This document shows, piece after piece, positions 1 through 10,300 of a stretch of DNA of 64,000 nucleotides. The notes under the pieces were generated by a model. That model searched no databases and was not told the origin of the DNA. It saw nothing but the letters and a program-made list of their open reading frames with translations. The DNA lies in NCBI GenBank assembly GCA_016215105.1, contig JACRLJ010000056.1:2698-66697 (forward strand), in the 5' to 3' direction. How positions within the stretch are numbered: position 1 is the stretch's first letter; every line of letters starts with the position of its first letter. A program made the position numbers and the translations under genes. The DNA comes from Candidatus Hydrogenedentota bacterium. Lineage in GTDB: Bacteria > Hydrogenedentota > Hydrogenedentia > Hydrogenedentales > SLHB01.

Positions 1-2
1 CC

Positions 3-701
3 TTGCTCCAGGAATTGGTGATGGTGCGTCACCCGGCGCCGCACATTATTACAATCGAAGATCCGGTTGAGTACCGATTACCGAAGATTGCGCAAACCGA
101 GGTCAATCCTTACGTTGGATTTACCTTTGACACGGCGTTGCGCTCCGCGCTTCGCCAGGACCCCGAGATCATCATGATCGGCGAAATCCGCGATGCGGAA
201 ACGGCGCGCACGGGCATCCAGGCGGGCTTGACCGGTCACAATGTCATTTCCACGATCCACAGCGGGACCGCTACCGGGGTATTTACCCGGCTCCTCGACA
301 TGGGCGTGGAACCGTTTCTCATTGCGTCGTCGATTTCGGGAGTACTCGCGCAACGCTTGGTGCGCCTCAACTGCCCCTATTGCACCGGGCCCTACAAACC
401 CGATCCGGCGCTCCTGGAGCGGTTCAATATTCCCGAGGGTGAGGGGCTGTTCTCACGTGGCAAGGGCTGCGAACAGTGCCAGGGTATCGGGTACAAAGGG
501 CGGACCGCCCTGTGCGAAATGTTCACCATGAATGATGAGATGGGCGAACTCATTTTGCAGCGCGCCCGTACCCGGTCGCTTCACGACGTGGCCGTGCGAA
601 ACCACATGGTCACGTTGATTGAAGATGGTGTCCGCCGTGCGAAGGAAGGGCACACCACGCTCGAGGAGCTAAAACGCGTCCTGCCCATGCCAGGCAGCTA
701 G
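3..701 (+). CDS. GspE/PilB-family secretion ATPase, C-terminal portion (5' end outside window)
   Basis: Translation has the conserved IIMIGEIRD / RLLDMG motifs and the C-terminal CxxC...CxxC zinc cluster of type II secretion / type IV pilus ATPases. It is a paralog of the full gspE at 37015-38620. Confidence 0.85.
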   Translation: MLQELVMVRHPAPHIITIEDPVEYRLPKIAQTEVNPYVGFTFDTALRSALRQDPEIIMIGEIRDAETARTGIQAGLTGHNVISTIHSGTATGVFTRLLDMGVEPFLIASSISGVLAQRLVRLNCPYCTGPYKPDPALLERFNIPEGEGLFSRGKGCEQCQGIGYKGRTALCEMFTMNDEMGELILQRARTRSLHDVAVRNHMVTLIEDGVRRAKEGHTTLEELKRVLPMPGS

Positions 702-800
702 TTAGCTTTCTTGCCAGCAACTTCCGTACTATTTGTGTAGACGTTGCCGGCAAGAAGTCGTGCCATTGACTGTGGAGCCGCGGCTAAGCCGCCTCTGGAC
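699..800 (+). repeat. Copy A of ~100-bp stop-codon-anchored palindromic repeat (diverged)
   Basis: Begins with the TAG stop of the upstream CDS. Imperfect 12-bp inverted repeat cttgccagcaac...gttgccggcaag around a ~21-nt loop. Alignable over ~95 nt to copies at 7125 and 62854. Confidence 0.7.
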
Positions 801-981
801 GGATGCAATGCACGGGTATTTCTTGACTTGCGCGCGAACTCGGCGCCGTCCTACAATTTGCTAAAGGCGGTTTAGCCGCAGCCGTCCGGTCGATGGCGTG
901 ACTTCCTTGTCGGAAACAGCGAGCGGGTAACCTGACAGAGAAGTCAAAGGCGCACACAGTGCCCTGGGGCCGGTCCAGCGG

Positions 982-2097
982 ATGAGTGGCCGTGAACAGG
1001 ACACGGAGGTGATAACCTTGTTAGTACACGTACTACTCTTGATCATCGCCAGCGCCGCCATGAGCCTTGTTGCGCTCATGGTCCGGAAGGTCTTCAGCGG
1101 CACGCCGCCGTTCCTGTTAGCTCTTGTCATCTGGGTGGTTTTCGTCCTCCTCGCCAGCGCTGTCACGTGGGATGTCGTCTCCAAGTCCCATCGCGCCACC
1201 AGTAATGTGGCCCAGGTAACAGCCAAAGAAGGATATGATAAGGGCTCGTTCAATAAGGAATTGGACAAGAACCTGGAAAACGCGAATGAACTACCGCTCG
1301 TCACACTGTTCTTCGGCTCATTTCAGGCCTTGGCGGGCTGTATTGTCATCTTCATCATCCCCGTCGTCATCGCGGCGACAACCATGATCCGACCCGTCTC
1401 GAGCGCGGGAGGGAATCTGTTGTACCAGCTTCAAGGTGAGGGTGTTGCGGACGGCGAAGCGTCGGTTGAAGTGGAACGCACCGACGAAGATCGCCGGGTT
1501 GACGCCGCCCACTTCCCCGCAGTCAAGACGATCGAGTCGTTTACGTTTCGCTTGCAGCCGGGCCTGAATGAGGCCTTAGTGCGTGAATTGGCGCGAGGCT
1601 TCTACATTGACGAGCGGAAGAACGTCATCCTTCTCGGCGAGTCGGGCACAGGGAAGACACATTTGGCCATCGCCCTTGGCGTGGCTGCCTGCGGCCAAGG
1701 CAAGATGGTCCGGTTCTACAGCGTGGGCAGGCTAGCCCAAGAGCTTCTCGATCAGGTGGCAAGCTCTTCCTTGGAGAAATTCTTCGCCACCGTCGAGAAG
1801 AACGACCTGATCATCCTGGATGAATTGGGGTATGTGCCAGTTCCCCAGGAGGCCGTGCCTCACTTGCTGGCGTTGGTCAGCCGTCTTCAGGGCCGTTGCA
1901 GCGTGATTCTCACGACTCACCTATCCTTGGACAACTGGTCCCAGGCCATCCCTGATCCCGAGCAGGCCAAGGTTTTAGCCGACACGCTGTCCAAGAACGC
2001 CGAGATCGTCTCCACTCACAGCGAGACCTTCCGCAGCCAACCGGCGGCGAAACTCATGAACCCCGCCAGCGAAGGGGAGCCTACAGCGACCGCGTAA
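982..2097 (+). CDS. IstB/DnaC-like AAA+ ATPase with N-terminal multi-TM extension (solo; no IstA transposase adjacent)
   Basis: C-terminal ~200 aa match the IS21 IstB helper pattern (HFPAVKTIESFTF, LLGESGTGKTHLAIALG Walker A, LIILDELGYVP Walker B, ILTTHLSLDNWSQ). The N-terminal ~170 aa are strongly hydrophobic (3-4 predicted TM helices). The true start is uncertain. Confidence 0.6.
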   Translation: MSGREQDTEVITLLVHVLLLIIASAAMSLVALMVRKVFSGTPPFLLALVIWVVFVLLASAVTWDVVSKSHRATSNVAQVTAKEGYDKGSFNKELDKNLENANELPLVTLFFGSFQALAGCIVIFIIPVVIAATTMIRPVSSAGGNLLYQLQGEGVADGEASVEVERTDEDRRVDAAHFPAVKTIESFTFRLQPGLNEALVRELARGFYIDERKNVILLGESGTGKTHLAIALGVAACGQGKMVRFYSVGRLAQELLDQVASSSLEKFFATVEKNDLIILDELGYVPVPQEAVPHLLALVSRLQGRCSVILTTHLSLDNWSQAIPDPEQAKVLADTLSKNAEIVSTHSETFRSQPAAKLMNPASEGEPTATA

Positions 2098-2106
2098 TCG
2101 GCGCCA

Positions 2107-3117
2107 TTACGTCATCCGCCGGACCATCGCCTCGGCGAAGCCTCGTGTGGTGCCCTTGCCGCCGATGTCCCCCGTGAGTTCCTCCGGACGTCCGTCGCCG
2201 AGAACGGCGTTATAGGCGTTGCGAATGCGCTCGGCGCAAGCGCGCTCCTCCATGTGATTGAGCATCATCACCCCGCTCATAATCAGCGCCAGCGGATTGG
2301 CGATGCCCTTTCCGGCGATGTCCGGCGCGCTGCCATGCACCGCCTCGAACACCGCGCAATCGTCGCCGATGTTGGATCCCGGAACCACGCCCAAGCCGCC
2401 GACCAGCCCCGCGCATAAATCGCTCACTACATCACCGTAGAGGTTTTCGAGCAAGAGCATGTCGAACTTTGACGGGTCGCGCACCAGTTGCATGCAGCCG
2501 TTATCGATAATCATTTCGTCGTACGCGATATCCGGCGCTTCAGCCTGATGGATCTTGCGCGCGCACTCCAGGAACAGACCGTCAGACATCTTCATGATGT
2601 TGGCCTTGTGAAAGACCGTAACGCGTCTGCGGCCCCGCGAACGGGCGTATGCGAACGCGTAGTGCGCGATGCGCTCGCATGCGACGCGCGTCGCCACCTT
2701 GAGGCTCGTGACCACGCCCGGCACGATTTCATTCTCGATACCCGAGTACAGTCCTTCCGTATTCTCCCGGATAACGACCAACTCGACGTCCTCGTACCGC
2801 GTCTTAATTCCGGGCAGCGAACGCACCGGGCGCACCGCGGCATACAGATTCAGGCGCATTCGAAGCTGCACGTTGACGCTCTTGAATCCTTTTCCAATCG
2901 GAGTCGTCACAGGCCCCTTTAGCGCGATTCTGTGCGCCGCAATCGCCTCGACAGTGTGATCCGGCAACACGCTGCCATGGGCCTCCGCTTCGGCGGCGCC
3001 CGCGGGCAACGTCAACCATTCGATCGGCGCGCCCGACGCGTCAATCACCATACGGGCCGCTTCGGCGACCTCGGGGCCAATCCCATCACCGGGAATTAGA
3101 CAAACTGTACGAGCCAT
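2107..3117 (-). CDS. NAD-dependent isocitrate/isopropylmalate dehydrogenase family protein
   Basis: MARTVCLIPGDGIGPEV N-terminus, ENTEGLYSG and [14 protein letters not shown] motifs of the IDH/IMDH superfamily. 336 aa. Confidence 0.8.
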   Translation of the reverse strand: MARTVCLIPGDGIGPEVAEAARMVIDASGAPIEWLTLPAGAAEAEAHGSVLPDHTVEAIAAHRIALKGPVTTPIGKGFKSVNVQLRMRLNLYAAVRPVRSLPGIKTRYEDVELVVIRENTEGLYSGIENEIVPGVVTSLKVATRVACERIAHYAFAYARSRGRRRVTVFHKANIMKMSDGLFLECARKIHQAEAPDIAYDEMIIDNGCMQLVRDPSKFDMLLLENLYGDVVSDLCAGLVGGLGVVPGSNIGDDCAVFEAVHGSAPDIAGKGIANPLALIMSGVMMLNHMEERACAERIRNAYNAVLGDGRPEELTGDIGGKGTTRGFAEAMVRRMT

Positions 3118-3198
3118 ACTTCCTACTCCTTATGACAATGGGCGGACTCCCGTGTGTGACGGGGCGCCGAGCGCAACTTCAAGAAACGAACGGGCGGT

Positions 3199-3720
3199 CT
3201 ACTTGGCCGTCAGAACCGCCGCTCCGGCCTCCGCGCATGCGTGGTCGTTTTCGACGCTTGAGCCCGATACGCCGATGGCCCCTATCACGTCACCGGCGGC
3301 GTTCTTCAATGGGACACCACCGGGGAACGTTATCAGGCCGCCGTTGGACACTTCGATGTTGTAGAGCGGCTTGCCTGGCTGACTCAACTCACCGATCTTT
3401 CCCGTATTCATGTCGAAGTATCTAGCCGTCTTGGCTTTCTTTATGGCGATGTCAATACTTCCCAGCCAAGCGCCATCCTGGCGCATGAACGTCTTCAGAT
3501 TCCCGCCCGCGTCCACTACAGCGATGTCCATCCTGCACTTCAAGGTTTCGGACTTCGCCGCGGCGGCGTTGGCCACTTTCACGGCGTGCGCAAGGTCGAT
3601 ATCCATCATAGTGGCCGGCTCCGCCTTCTGATCAGCCGCGTTCACCGCCGTCGTGCCGGCGCCATAGAACAGGCTTACAAGCGCTGCGCCTGCCGCTATC
3701 GCAAAATAGGTTCTTTTCAT
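3199..3720 (-). CDS. GlcG/HbpS-like (DUF336) protein, secreted
   Basis: Signal-peptide-like N-terminus ([18 protein letters not shown]). GlcG-type core with [20 protein letters not shown] motif. Start chosen at the internal Met. Confidence 0.6.
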   Translation of the reverse strand: MKRTYFAIAAGAALVSLFYGAGTTAVNAADQKAEPATMMDIDLAHAVKVANAAAAKSETLKCRMDIAVVDAGGNLKTFMRQDGAWLGSIDIAIKKAKTARYFDMNTGKIGELSQPGKPLYNIEVSNGGLITFPGGVPLKNAAGDVIGAIGVSGSSVENDHACAEAGAAVLTAK

Positions 3721-4002
3721 TGTCTGACTCCTTGGGTTGTTGCGCCGTGACGGCGTCCGCATAGAGATTCCGCACCATAGCTTCTCCCTCGGGAAAAGCC
3801 CACCGCCCAGAGACTACCATCGTGCGGCGGCCGGGTCAAGAGCAGCGCCCGCTCTTGCGGACTCCTTGACCGCCCACGGCTGTTGCGAGAGGCAGAATCG
3901 AGTCCAAGCTGACGGCGAGCGTCGAACTATGATATGCTCAGAGAGAACTAATACTTACCGCCTCGCGTCGGGGCATAACACGATTGGAAGGAGCAGCAGG
4001 AC

Positions 4003-4584
4003 ATGAAACTGAATCAATGTGTGGCGCGAGTTGGGCTTTCTCTGGTCGTGATCGGTTTGCCACTGGCTGGGTGTGGAAAAGCCAAGGAAACGGTGGTCGA
4101 GAAGGCCATCGAAGCCGCTGCCAGCAAAGACGGCGCGAAGGTGGATATCGAGAAGGGCAAGATGACTATCACCACAAAAGACGGCGAGTCCACACTCACA
4201 TCGAACGAGCAGGGCAACGCGCTTACGATGAAGACCCCCGAAGGAACGGTCACGGTGTCGTCCGGGGAAAACGCGAAAGTGCCGGACGATTTTCCGAAAG
4301 ACATTCCGCTCTACCCGGGCGCCAAACCGGCTACGGTAACGTCCAGCAGCGAGAAAATGGAATTCATGTTGACGTTTACCACCAAGGACCCGGTCGAAAA
4401 GGTCGGAGAGCATTTCAAGAAGGAGGTTACGGCGCAGGGTTGGACCGAGGGTATGGTAATGAACACGCCAGGCGAACAGGCCACTCAGATGCTCAATTAT
4501 ACGAAGGGCGGCCGCTCCCTCATGGTGGTCATTTCAAAGCAATCGGACGACACTACCATCCAGGTGACGACCTCCGGCAAGTAG
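4003..4584 (+). CDS. hypothetical lipoprotein
   Basis: Lipobox LPLAGC after a hydrophobic N-terminus. RBS GGAAGGAG upstream. No recognisable domain. Confidence 0.6.
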   Translation: MKLNQCVARVGLSLVVIGLPLAGCGKAKETVVEKAIEAAASKDGAKVDIEKGKMTITTKDGESTLTSNEQGNALTMKTPEGTVTVSSGENAKVPDDFPKDIPLYPGAKPATVTSSSEKMEFMLTFTTKDPVEKVGEHFKKEVTAQGWTEGMVMNTPGEQATQMLNYTKGGRSLMVVISKQSDDTTIQVTTSGK

Positions 4585-4594
4585 AACAGCCGTT

Positions 4595-5335
4595 TCACTC
4601 GCCGAGTTTCTTCTGCTCGATATGGGCGTTAATTTCGGCCAGCCATGGCTCGCGCTCGATCGCGTGAATTGTATCCAGCATTGAAAACGTGTTGCCTTGG
4701 CCGCTTAACCGCGTGTAGATCTGCCGTACTAGCCGGAGATCGTCTTCGGTGTCCACGCACAGCCGCAGGTCGGGCCGTCGTAGCGCACCTGCCGCCGTGA
4801 TCGACACGAGTTTGAAGTCCTCCGGGTGGAGATAGAAGTAGGGCGTGACATGCTCGCGTTCGAACGGCTGGTTGGATAGCGCGTTAATGCGGCGTAACGT
4901 TTCGAGCGAGAATACCTCCGTCTCCACTCCGCGCGGAAACGTGCGCTCAATCACGTTTGAAGCGTAGTCGCCGTGTTCCCGCGAATAGGCGTCAATCACG
5001 TCGTCCGCAAGCGCGGGATCGATGAGCGGGCAATCGGCCGTAACCCGAACGATGATCTCCGCTTTCGCGAATCGTGCGGCTTCAAGATAGCGCGCAAGCA
5101 CATCGTTTTCGCTTCCGGCGCAGGCTCGCAGGCCGACTTGGCGCACAAGATCGAGAATGGGAGTGTCCGCGGAGTTTCGCGTGGTCGCTACGACGACATC
5201 ATCGATTCGTTTAGATAGGCCCAATCGCTCTAGAACGTGTTGAAGCATGGGTTTTCCGGCGATGTCGGCGAGGCACTTTCCCGGCAGCCGCGTCGAGCCC
5301 ATGCGCGCCTGCACTATCGCGACGGTTCTTCCCAT
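4595..5335 (-). CDS. acylneuraminate/pseudaminic-acid cytidylyltransferase-like (CMP-NeuAc synthetase/SpsF family)
   Basis: N-terminal IVQARMGSTRLPGK motif typical of the SpsF/PseF/NeuA cytidylyltransferase family. Confidence 0.7.
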   Translation of the reverse strand: MGRTVAIVQARMGSTRLPGKCLADIAGKPMLQHVLERLGLSKRIDDVVVATTRNSADTPILDLVRQVGLRACAGSENDVLARYLEAARFAKAEIIVRVTADCPLIDPALADDVIDAYSREHGDYASNVIERTFPRGVETEVFSLETLRRINALSNQPFEREHVTPYFYLHPEDFKLVSITAAGALRRPDLRLCVDTEDDLRLVRQIYTRLSGQGNTFSMLDTIHAIEREPWLAEINAHIEQKKLGE

Positions 5336-5338
5336 GTG

Positions 5339-5977
5339 TCATTTCCTCAGCAGGAACATGGTGTCGAGATTGTCGTTGGCGAGATATTTCACCCGGCGCT
5401 CCCGCACGAGGCGCAACGCCGGGAAACGGCTCATGTAGAGCCGTGCGAAATCCGTCTTCCAAAGCAATTCCTCGTTGCCGCGGTACGGCACGCTGCCATA
5501 TTCCGGGGCGTAATACTCCCAGCCCCAAATGTACGCGCGCGTACACCGGTGTATTTCGTCCAGCGCAGCGCCAATGTCTTCCGGGCTCAGGTGAATCAAC
5601 ACGCCCGAGGTGTACACCAAGTCGAAATAGCCGTCCTTGTACGGAATATCAAAGGCAGACCCCTGGATGAGATTGACACCGCGGGTGTTGGCCTTGGCCT
5701 TTTCCACAGCATAGGCCTGCAGCTCGATGCCGTAGAGGTTCTCGAACCCCATCGCCTGCAGGCCGAGCAACTGCGCGCCGACGTTGGCGCCAACTTCGAG
5801 TATACGAATCGAACGGTCCAGGTCTCCGAGAAATTCTGCGTTTAGCGTGCTCCGGCTTACTCCGAACTCACGCAGATAGAATACGTCCATTTCCTCGAAG
5901 GTCTGCGGATTGCGATCGGTGTATAACCGGCCGAATTCGCCCGACCACTGCTCCATCTGTTTGGTGTGCTTTTCCAT
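5339..5977 (-). CDS. class I SAM-dependent methyltransferase (pseudaminic-acid-biosynthesis-associated methylase-like)
   Basis: LEVGANVG glycine-rich SAM motif. ~210 aa. Start overlaps the stop of the upstream cytidylyltransferase gene. The architecture resembles the Pse-associated methylase family. Confidence 0.5.
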   Translation of the reverse strand: MEKHTKQMEQWSGEFGRLYTDRNPQTFEEMDVFYLREFGVSRSTLNAEFLGDLDRSIRILEVGANVGAQLLGLQAMGFENLYGIELQAYAVEKAKANTRGVNLIQGSAFDIPYKDGYFDLVYTSGVLIHLSPEDIGAALDEIHRCTRAYIWGWEYYAPEYGSVPYRGNEELLWKTDFARLYMSRFPALRLVRERRVKYLANDNLDTMFLLRK

Positions 5978-6242
5978 CGCATTGGTCCTTCAACCAAAAC
6001 TGAAGGCTACCATATCGCAGCCATTGGCGGCATTTCCAGCATCATCTACAGCAAGGAAATTTGGGCACGGTCAGGCGGACCTCGGTTCGCGCATTTGTAC
6101 GAGATGAGAATAGTATTCAGCCGGAGTATATTATTGAGGCAGTAATCGTTGGGGAGAGACGATGAGTATGTCAAACCGGCGGGAACATACTGGAGGCGCG
6201 GCCAGAAAGCCTCCTCTTACCTAGACCAGACAAAATCGAGCG

Positions 6243-7127
6243 ATGGCGCTAGACAACTTGCAGATGCTTTCTGGCTGCGCCGCGTCAATTAGCCGGCTTT
6301 CTGGCCGAACTCCCAGGACTGTTGTCTGGCTGCTGATCATCGTTGTGTTCACGCTGGCGGGATTCGGCGGAGCGTGTCAGGCGGAAGCTGCCGAGGCCGC
6401 TGCGCCGCCGGGGGAGACGCCTGCGGCGGAAGAACTCGAGGCGGACGCGGAGAACTCCGGCTGGTTTGGGATCCTGGGAGCAATGAATTATCACACGCAC
6501 CTGGACGAATCTGAACGGGTGGTGAACCGCGAAATGAACGGCGTGTTCGGCCGAGTATTGCCAAGCTGGCAGGAACCAACCACCTTTAAGGACTGGAGCG
6601 AAGACTGGAAGCTGTGGGACCTGTATCTGGGCGCCGGCAAAGACATCGCGCTGCGGTGGTCGTGGCAGGCGACAACCGGCGCCGGAATTGGCTTCATTTC
6701 CAATAGCAAGAGATACCGTCCGTTGGGATTCCCTCTGAAGATCGACGTGGATTTCGAGCGCGCCGACGTGTTTGTCGAGACGGGAGTCAACTACTACCCC
6801 TGGGAAAAGCCGGTTTTCAAGTCAAATAGCGCAGGCATTTTGGGGATTCTCCGATCAACCCGTCCGTACCTCTCGCTGGTCGGCGGGTACACGTGGCAAC
6901 ATGCGGTGGGCGACGTCACTGCGCGCCTGCCATTGGCTGGACGCCTGCTTCACATTAAACAAGAGGACGAATACAATCTGCTCTACGTGTTTCCGCGGGT
7001 CTGCCTCGAAACTCCCATCAGCGCGAAAGATTCGATCAACGTGATGGCCGGTTACCTGGCTTTTGACGATCACGCTTCGGAGTTTAACTCGGTGACGGTA
7101 GGGGTGTTTCTCAAACACCGGTTCTAG
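6243..7127 (+). CDS. putative outer-membrane beta-barrel protein
   Basis: N-terminal signal-like hydrophobic segment. Alternating hydrophobic C-terminus ending ...VGVFLKHRF (terminal Phe, OMP signature). Followed directly by repeat copy B. Confidence 0.4.
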   Translation: MALDNLQMLSGCAASISRLSGRTPRTVVWLLIIVVFTLAGFGGACQAEAAEAAAPPGETPAAEELEADAENSGWFGILGAMNYHTHLDESERVVNREMNGVFGRVLPSWQEPTTFKDWSEDWKLWDLYLGAGKDIALRWSWQATTGAGIGFISNSKRYRPLGFPLKIDVDFERADVFVETGVNYYPWEKPVFKSNSAGILGILRSTRPYLSLVGGYTWQHAVGDVTARLPLAGRLLHIKQEDEYNLLYVFPRVCLETPISAKDSINVMAGYLAFDDHASEFNSVTVGVFLKHRF

Positions 7128-7228
7128 CTTCTTTGTCCGCAACTTCCGCGTTGTTCGCGTAGATGTTGCGGACAAAGAAGTCATACCAATGACTCTGGCG
7201 TTGCGGCCGGGCCGCCTTAGGAGGAAAG
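7125..7228 (+). repeat. Copy B of ~100-bp stop-codon-anchored palindromic repeat
   Basis: tagCTTCTTTGTCCGCAAC-[21 nt]-GTTGCGGACAAAGAAG perfect 16-bp stem. ~96% identical over ~96 nt to the copy at 62854. Confidence 0.8.
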
Positions 7229-7388
7229 GGCCTGAACTGTTTCTCGCCCGGAATTGATCCGGAGCGGAGCGTTTAGTATTCTCACTTTGGACGGATTGCT
7301 GTGGGCGGCGTTTGGCAAGCGCGGCGGGTTGCGGTGTTTGACGCGCAATCATGGCGGGGGGGACGGGTTGTGGTGTTCGTTGTGGGGA

Positions 7389-10300
7389 ATGTGTATGCAT
7401 GCTCCGTCATTGAACGATCGTCGGGGTTCTTACTTGAGAGCCGTGCCCGCTGTGGCGGGCTGGTGTGCGTTTGTCGCGGCGCTGCTCATGGGGGGACCTG
7501 CGGCGGATGCGGCGTCGTTCACGGTTAACAACCTTGGTGATAGCGGGACGGGCAGTCTTCGTAGCGCCATCGCGCTCGCAAATAGCTCCACAGGTTTGGA
7601 CACGATTGCCTTTTCGGTCAGCGGAACGATTCACTTGGTGTCCCAGCTACCGGCGCTCAGCGATAGCACCGGTGGAACACTCATCTCCGGGGGCAGTAAC
7701 ATCACGATTGACGGCTCGGCGCTGGCCACTTCAGACGTCGGCTTCCTCATCACCACGGCAGGAAATGGGCTCGATGGCTTGTCCATCGTGAACTGCCCAG
7801 CGAGCGGCGTGCGTATCTCAGGCGCCGCGGCGACGGCAAATACCATTTCGGCATGCACCATAGGAACCGACGGGACCTCCGCCTTTGGTAATCAGATCGG
7901 TGTTCTTGTCGATACAGGGGCGTCAAACAACCGTATCGGCGGATTGACGGCGGCAACCAGAAACGTGATATCAGGCAACAACCAGGCCGGAGTCCTCCTA
8001 TCGGGCCCTAACACGTCGTCCAACGGCGTCGAAGGGAATTATATCGGCTTGAACGCGGCTGGCTTGGCGCCCCTGTCCAATGGCGCCGCCGGCGTGCAGA
8101 TATCGAGCGGGGCGTCCTCGAATATCATCGGCGGCTTGCCCGTGGGCGCCGGCAATGTTATTTCGGGCAATACGTCTTACGGGATACTCATCCAAGACTC
8201 GACCACGGCGAGTAACGTAATCCAGGCCAATTTCATCGGGACCAATGCCGCGGGAACGGGAGCGGTGGGGAACGGCGCGGATGGCGTCGGCGTATTCTTC
8301 GCCGCGACCGGAAACACCATAGGCGGGACCGTAGCAGGCGCCGGCAATGTTATTTCGGGGAATCTGGGAAATGGCGTGTCACTCGGCGGGATCGCTACCA
8401 ACGCCAATTTCGTTCAGCGCAATACCATTGGATTGAACGCCGCGGGCAATTCCGCTCTAGCGAACAGCGGCAGCGGAGTGGTCCTGATGAATAGCGCGTC
8501 AAACAACACCATCGGAGGGTCGGTGGGCGGCGCGGGCAACACGATTTCGGGAAACTCCAACGCTGGCATCGTGCTTCAGAACGCGGGAACGCTGAGCAAC
8601 GTGATCGCGGGCAACTTCATTGGAACGGATCCTTCGGGAACTACCGCGATAGGCAACGCCAAAGGCATTATGGTCTTGTCGGGTACGCCCGCGAACAAGA
8701 TCGGTGGTAGCAGCTCGACCGAGCGCAACATCATTTCTGGAAACCAGTTCGATGGCGTATACATCACGGGACCGGGAACGGCCGGCATCATTCTCGAGGG
8801 GAACTATATCGGCGCCAGTGTGACGGGAACGCAGAGTATTCCAAACGGCGAGTTCGGCGTCGAGATCACCGGAGGCGCCACGACGTGCGCCGTCGGCGCC
8901 ACGGCCGCGGGTTCGGGCAACTTGATATCCGGCAACGGTGCGCAGGGCATTCAGATCGATGGAACCGGAACGACTGGCAACGTGCTTCAGGGAAACTTTA
9001 TCGGTGTTGACATCACCGGCGCCGGCGTTCTGCCGAATGCGGCGGACGGGGTGAAAATCTCCGGTGCCGCATCGTCAAACACGATTGGCGGGACGGCGGC
9101 GGGCAGCGCGAATGTTATCTCCGGAAACCTGTCTAACGGTGTTTTGATTTCAGACGCAGGAACAACCGGCAACTTCGTCGAAGGGAATTTCATTGGGGTC
9201 GATGGTATCGGCGCGACCGCCTTGGGCAATACCCATGCGGGCGTGAATATCTCGTTGGGAGCGTCATCGAATACGGTTGGAGGCGCTGGCGCAGCGAACA
9301 TCATATCCGGCAACGCCACCGGCGTTTTTCTATACGATTCCGGAACGACAGGCAACGTGATCGTGAATAATCTCGTCGGCACGAACGCGGATGGGACCGC
9401 GGCGCTGGGCAATGGAACGGGCGTGCTAATCGGCAACCAGGCGGCGGGTAACACGATCGGCGGACCGACGGCCGCAGACCGTAACCTCATTTCGGGAAAT
9501 ACCGGTTTGGGCGTCCAACTGAGCGACGGCGGCACGAGCGCCAACGTGGTCTTGGGCAACGCCATTGGGACGAATTGGACTCTGACCGCCCCACTCGGGA
9601 ATGGCGGACCCGGCGTTATGGTGAATAACGGCGCAACCGCCGATACCGTCGGTGGACCGGGCGCGGGCGACGGAAACGTCGTCGCATTCAATGTGGGTCC
9701 GGGGGTGAAAGTGACGGACGCCGGCAGTCGTGTTATCACCCTGCGCGGGAACTCGATTCACGACAACGCGGGCGGTGGAATCCTTCTCGAAAATGGCGCA
9801 AACGACGGAGTACCGAAACCGACTATATCGGGATTGATCCCGGTGAACGGCGCCGGGCCGGCCAACGCGACCGTCGAGGTATTTGTCGATGCCGGGGACC
9901 AAGGTAAGCAACTGGTGGCCACGCTCACCGCATCGGCGGACGGCCTGTTCTCCGATGCGTCGCTCGATCTGACCCCTCATCTCGGTAAGAATCTGACCGT
10001 CACCGCCACGGATACCTCCGGGAATACTACGGAGTTCAGCCTGCCGCTGACGATCGATCTCACCGCGCCGACCGTGCAGGCGATAACGCCATCGGGTTCC
10101 AATCCTACTAACTTGCCGTCGGTGGACTACACGGTGACATTCACCGAGCCCGTGACCGGTGTAGACGCAACGGATTTTGCGCTAAACACATTGCTGTCTG
10201 GCGCAACCATCTCGGGTGTGGTCGATAACGGTGGTGATACATATACAGTGACGGTGGACACCGGTACTGGTGACGGTCCGCTCCGTCTGGACCTCGTGGA

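Noticed and set aside
982-2097. IS21-family mobile element
   Set aside because: Only an IstB-like ATPase domain is present. There is no IstA transposase ORF and no terminal inverted repeats, so it is not called a mobile element.
5237-5845. 202-aa plus-strand ORF
   Set aside because: Antisense to the methyltransferase gene. No motifs.
8987-9980. Several 180-250-aa minus-strand ORFs inside the beta-helix gene
   Set aside because: Pro/Ala-rich low-complexity translations antisense to a strongly periodic coding repeat. Not genes.
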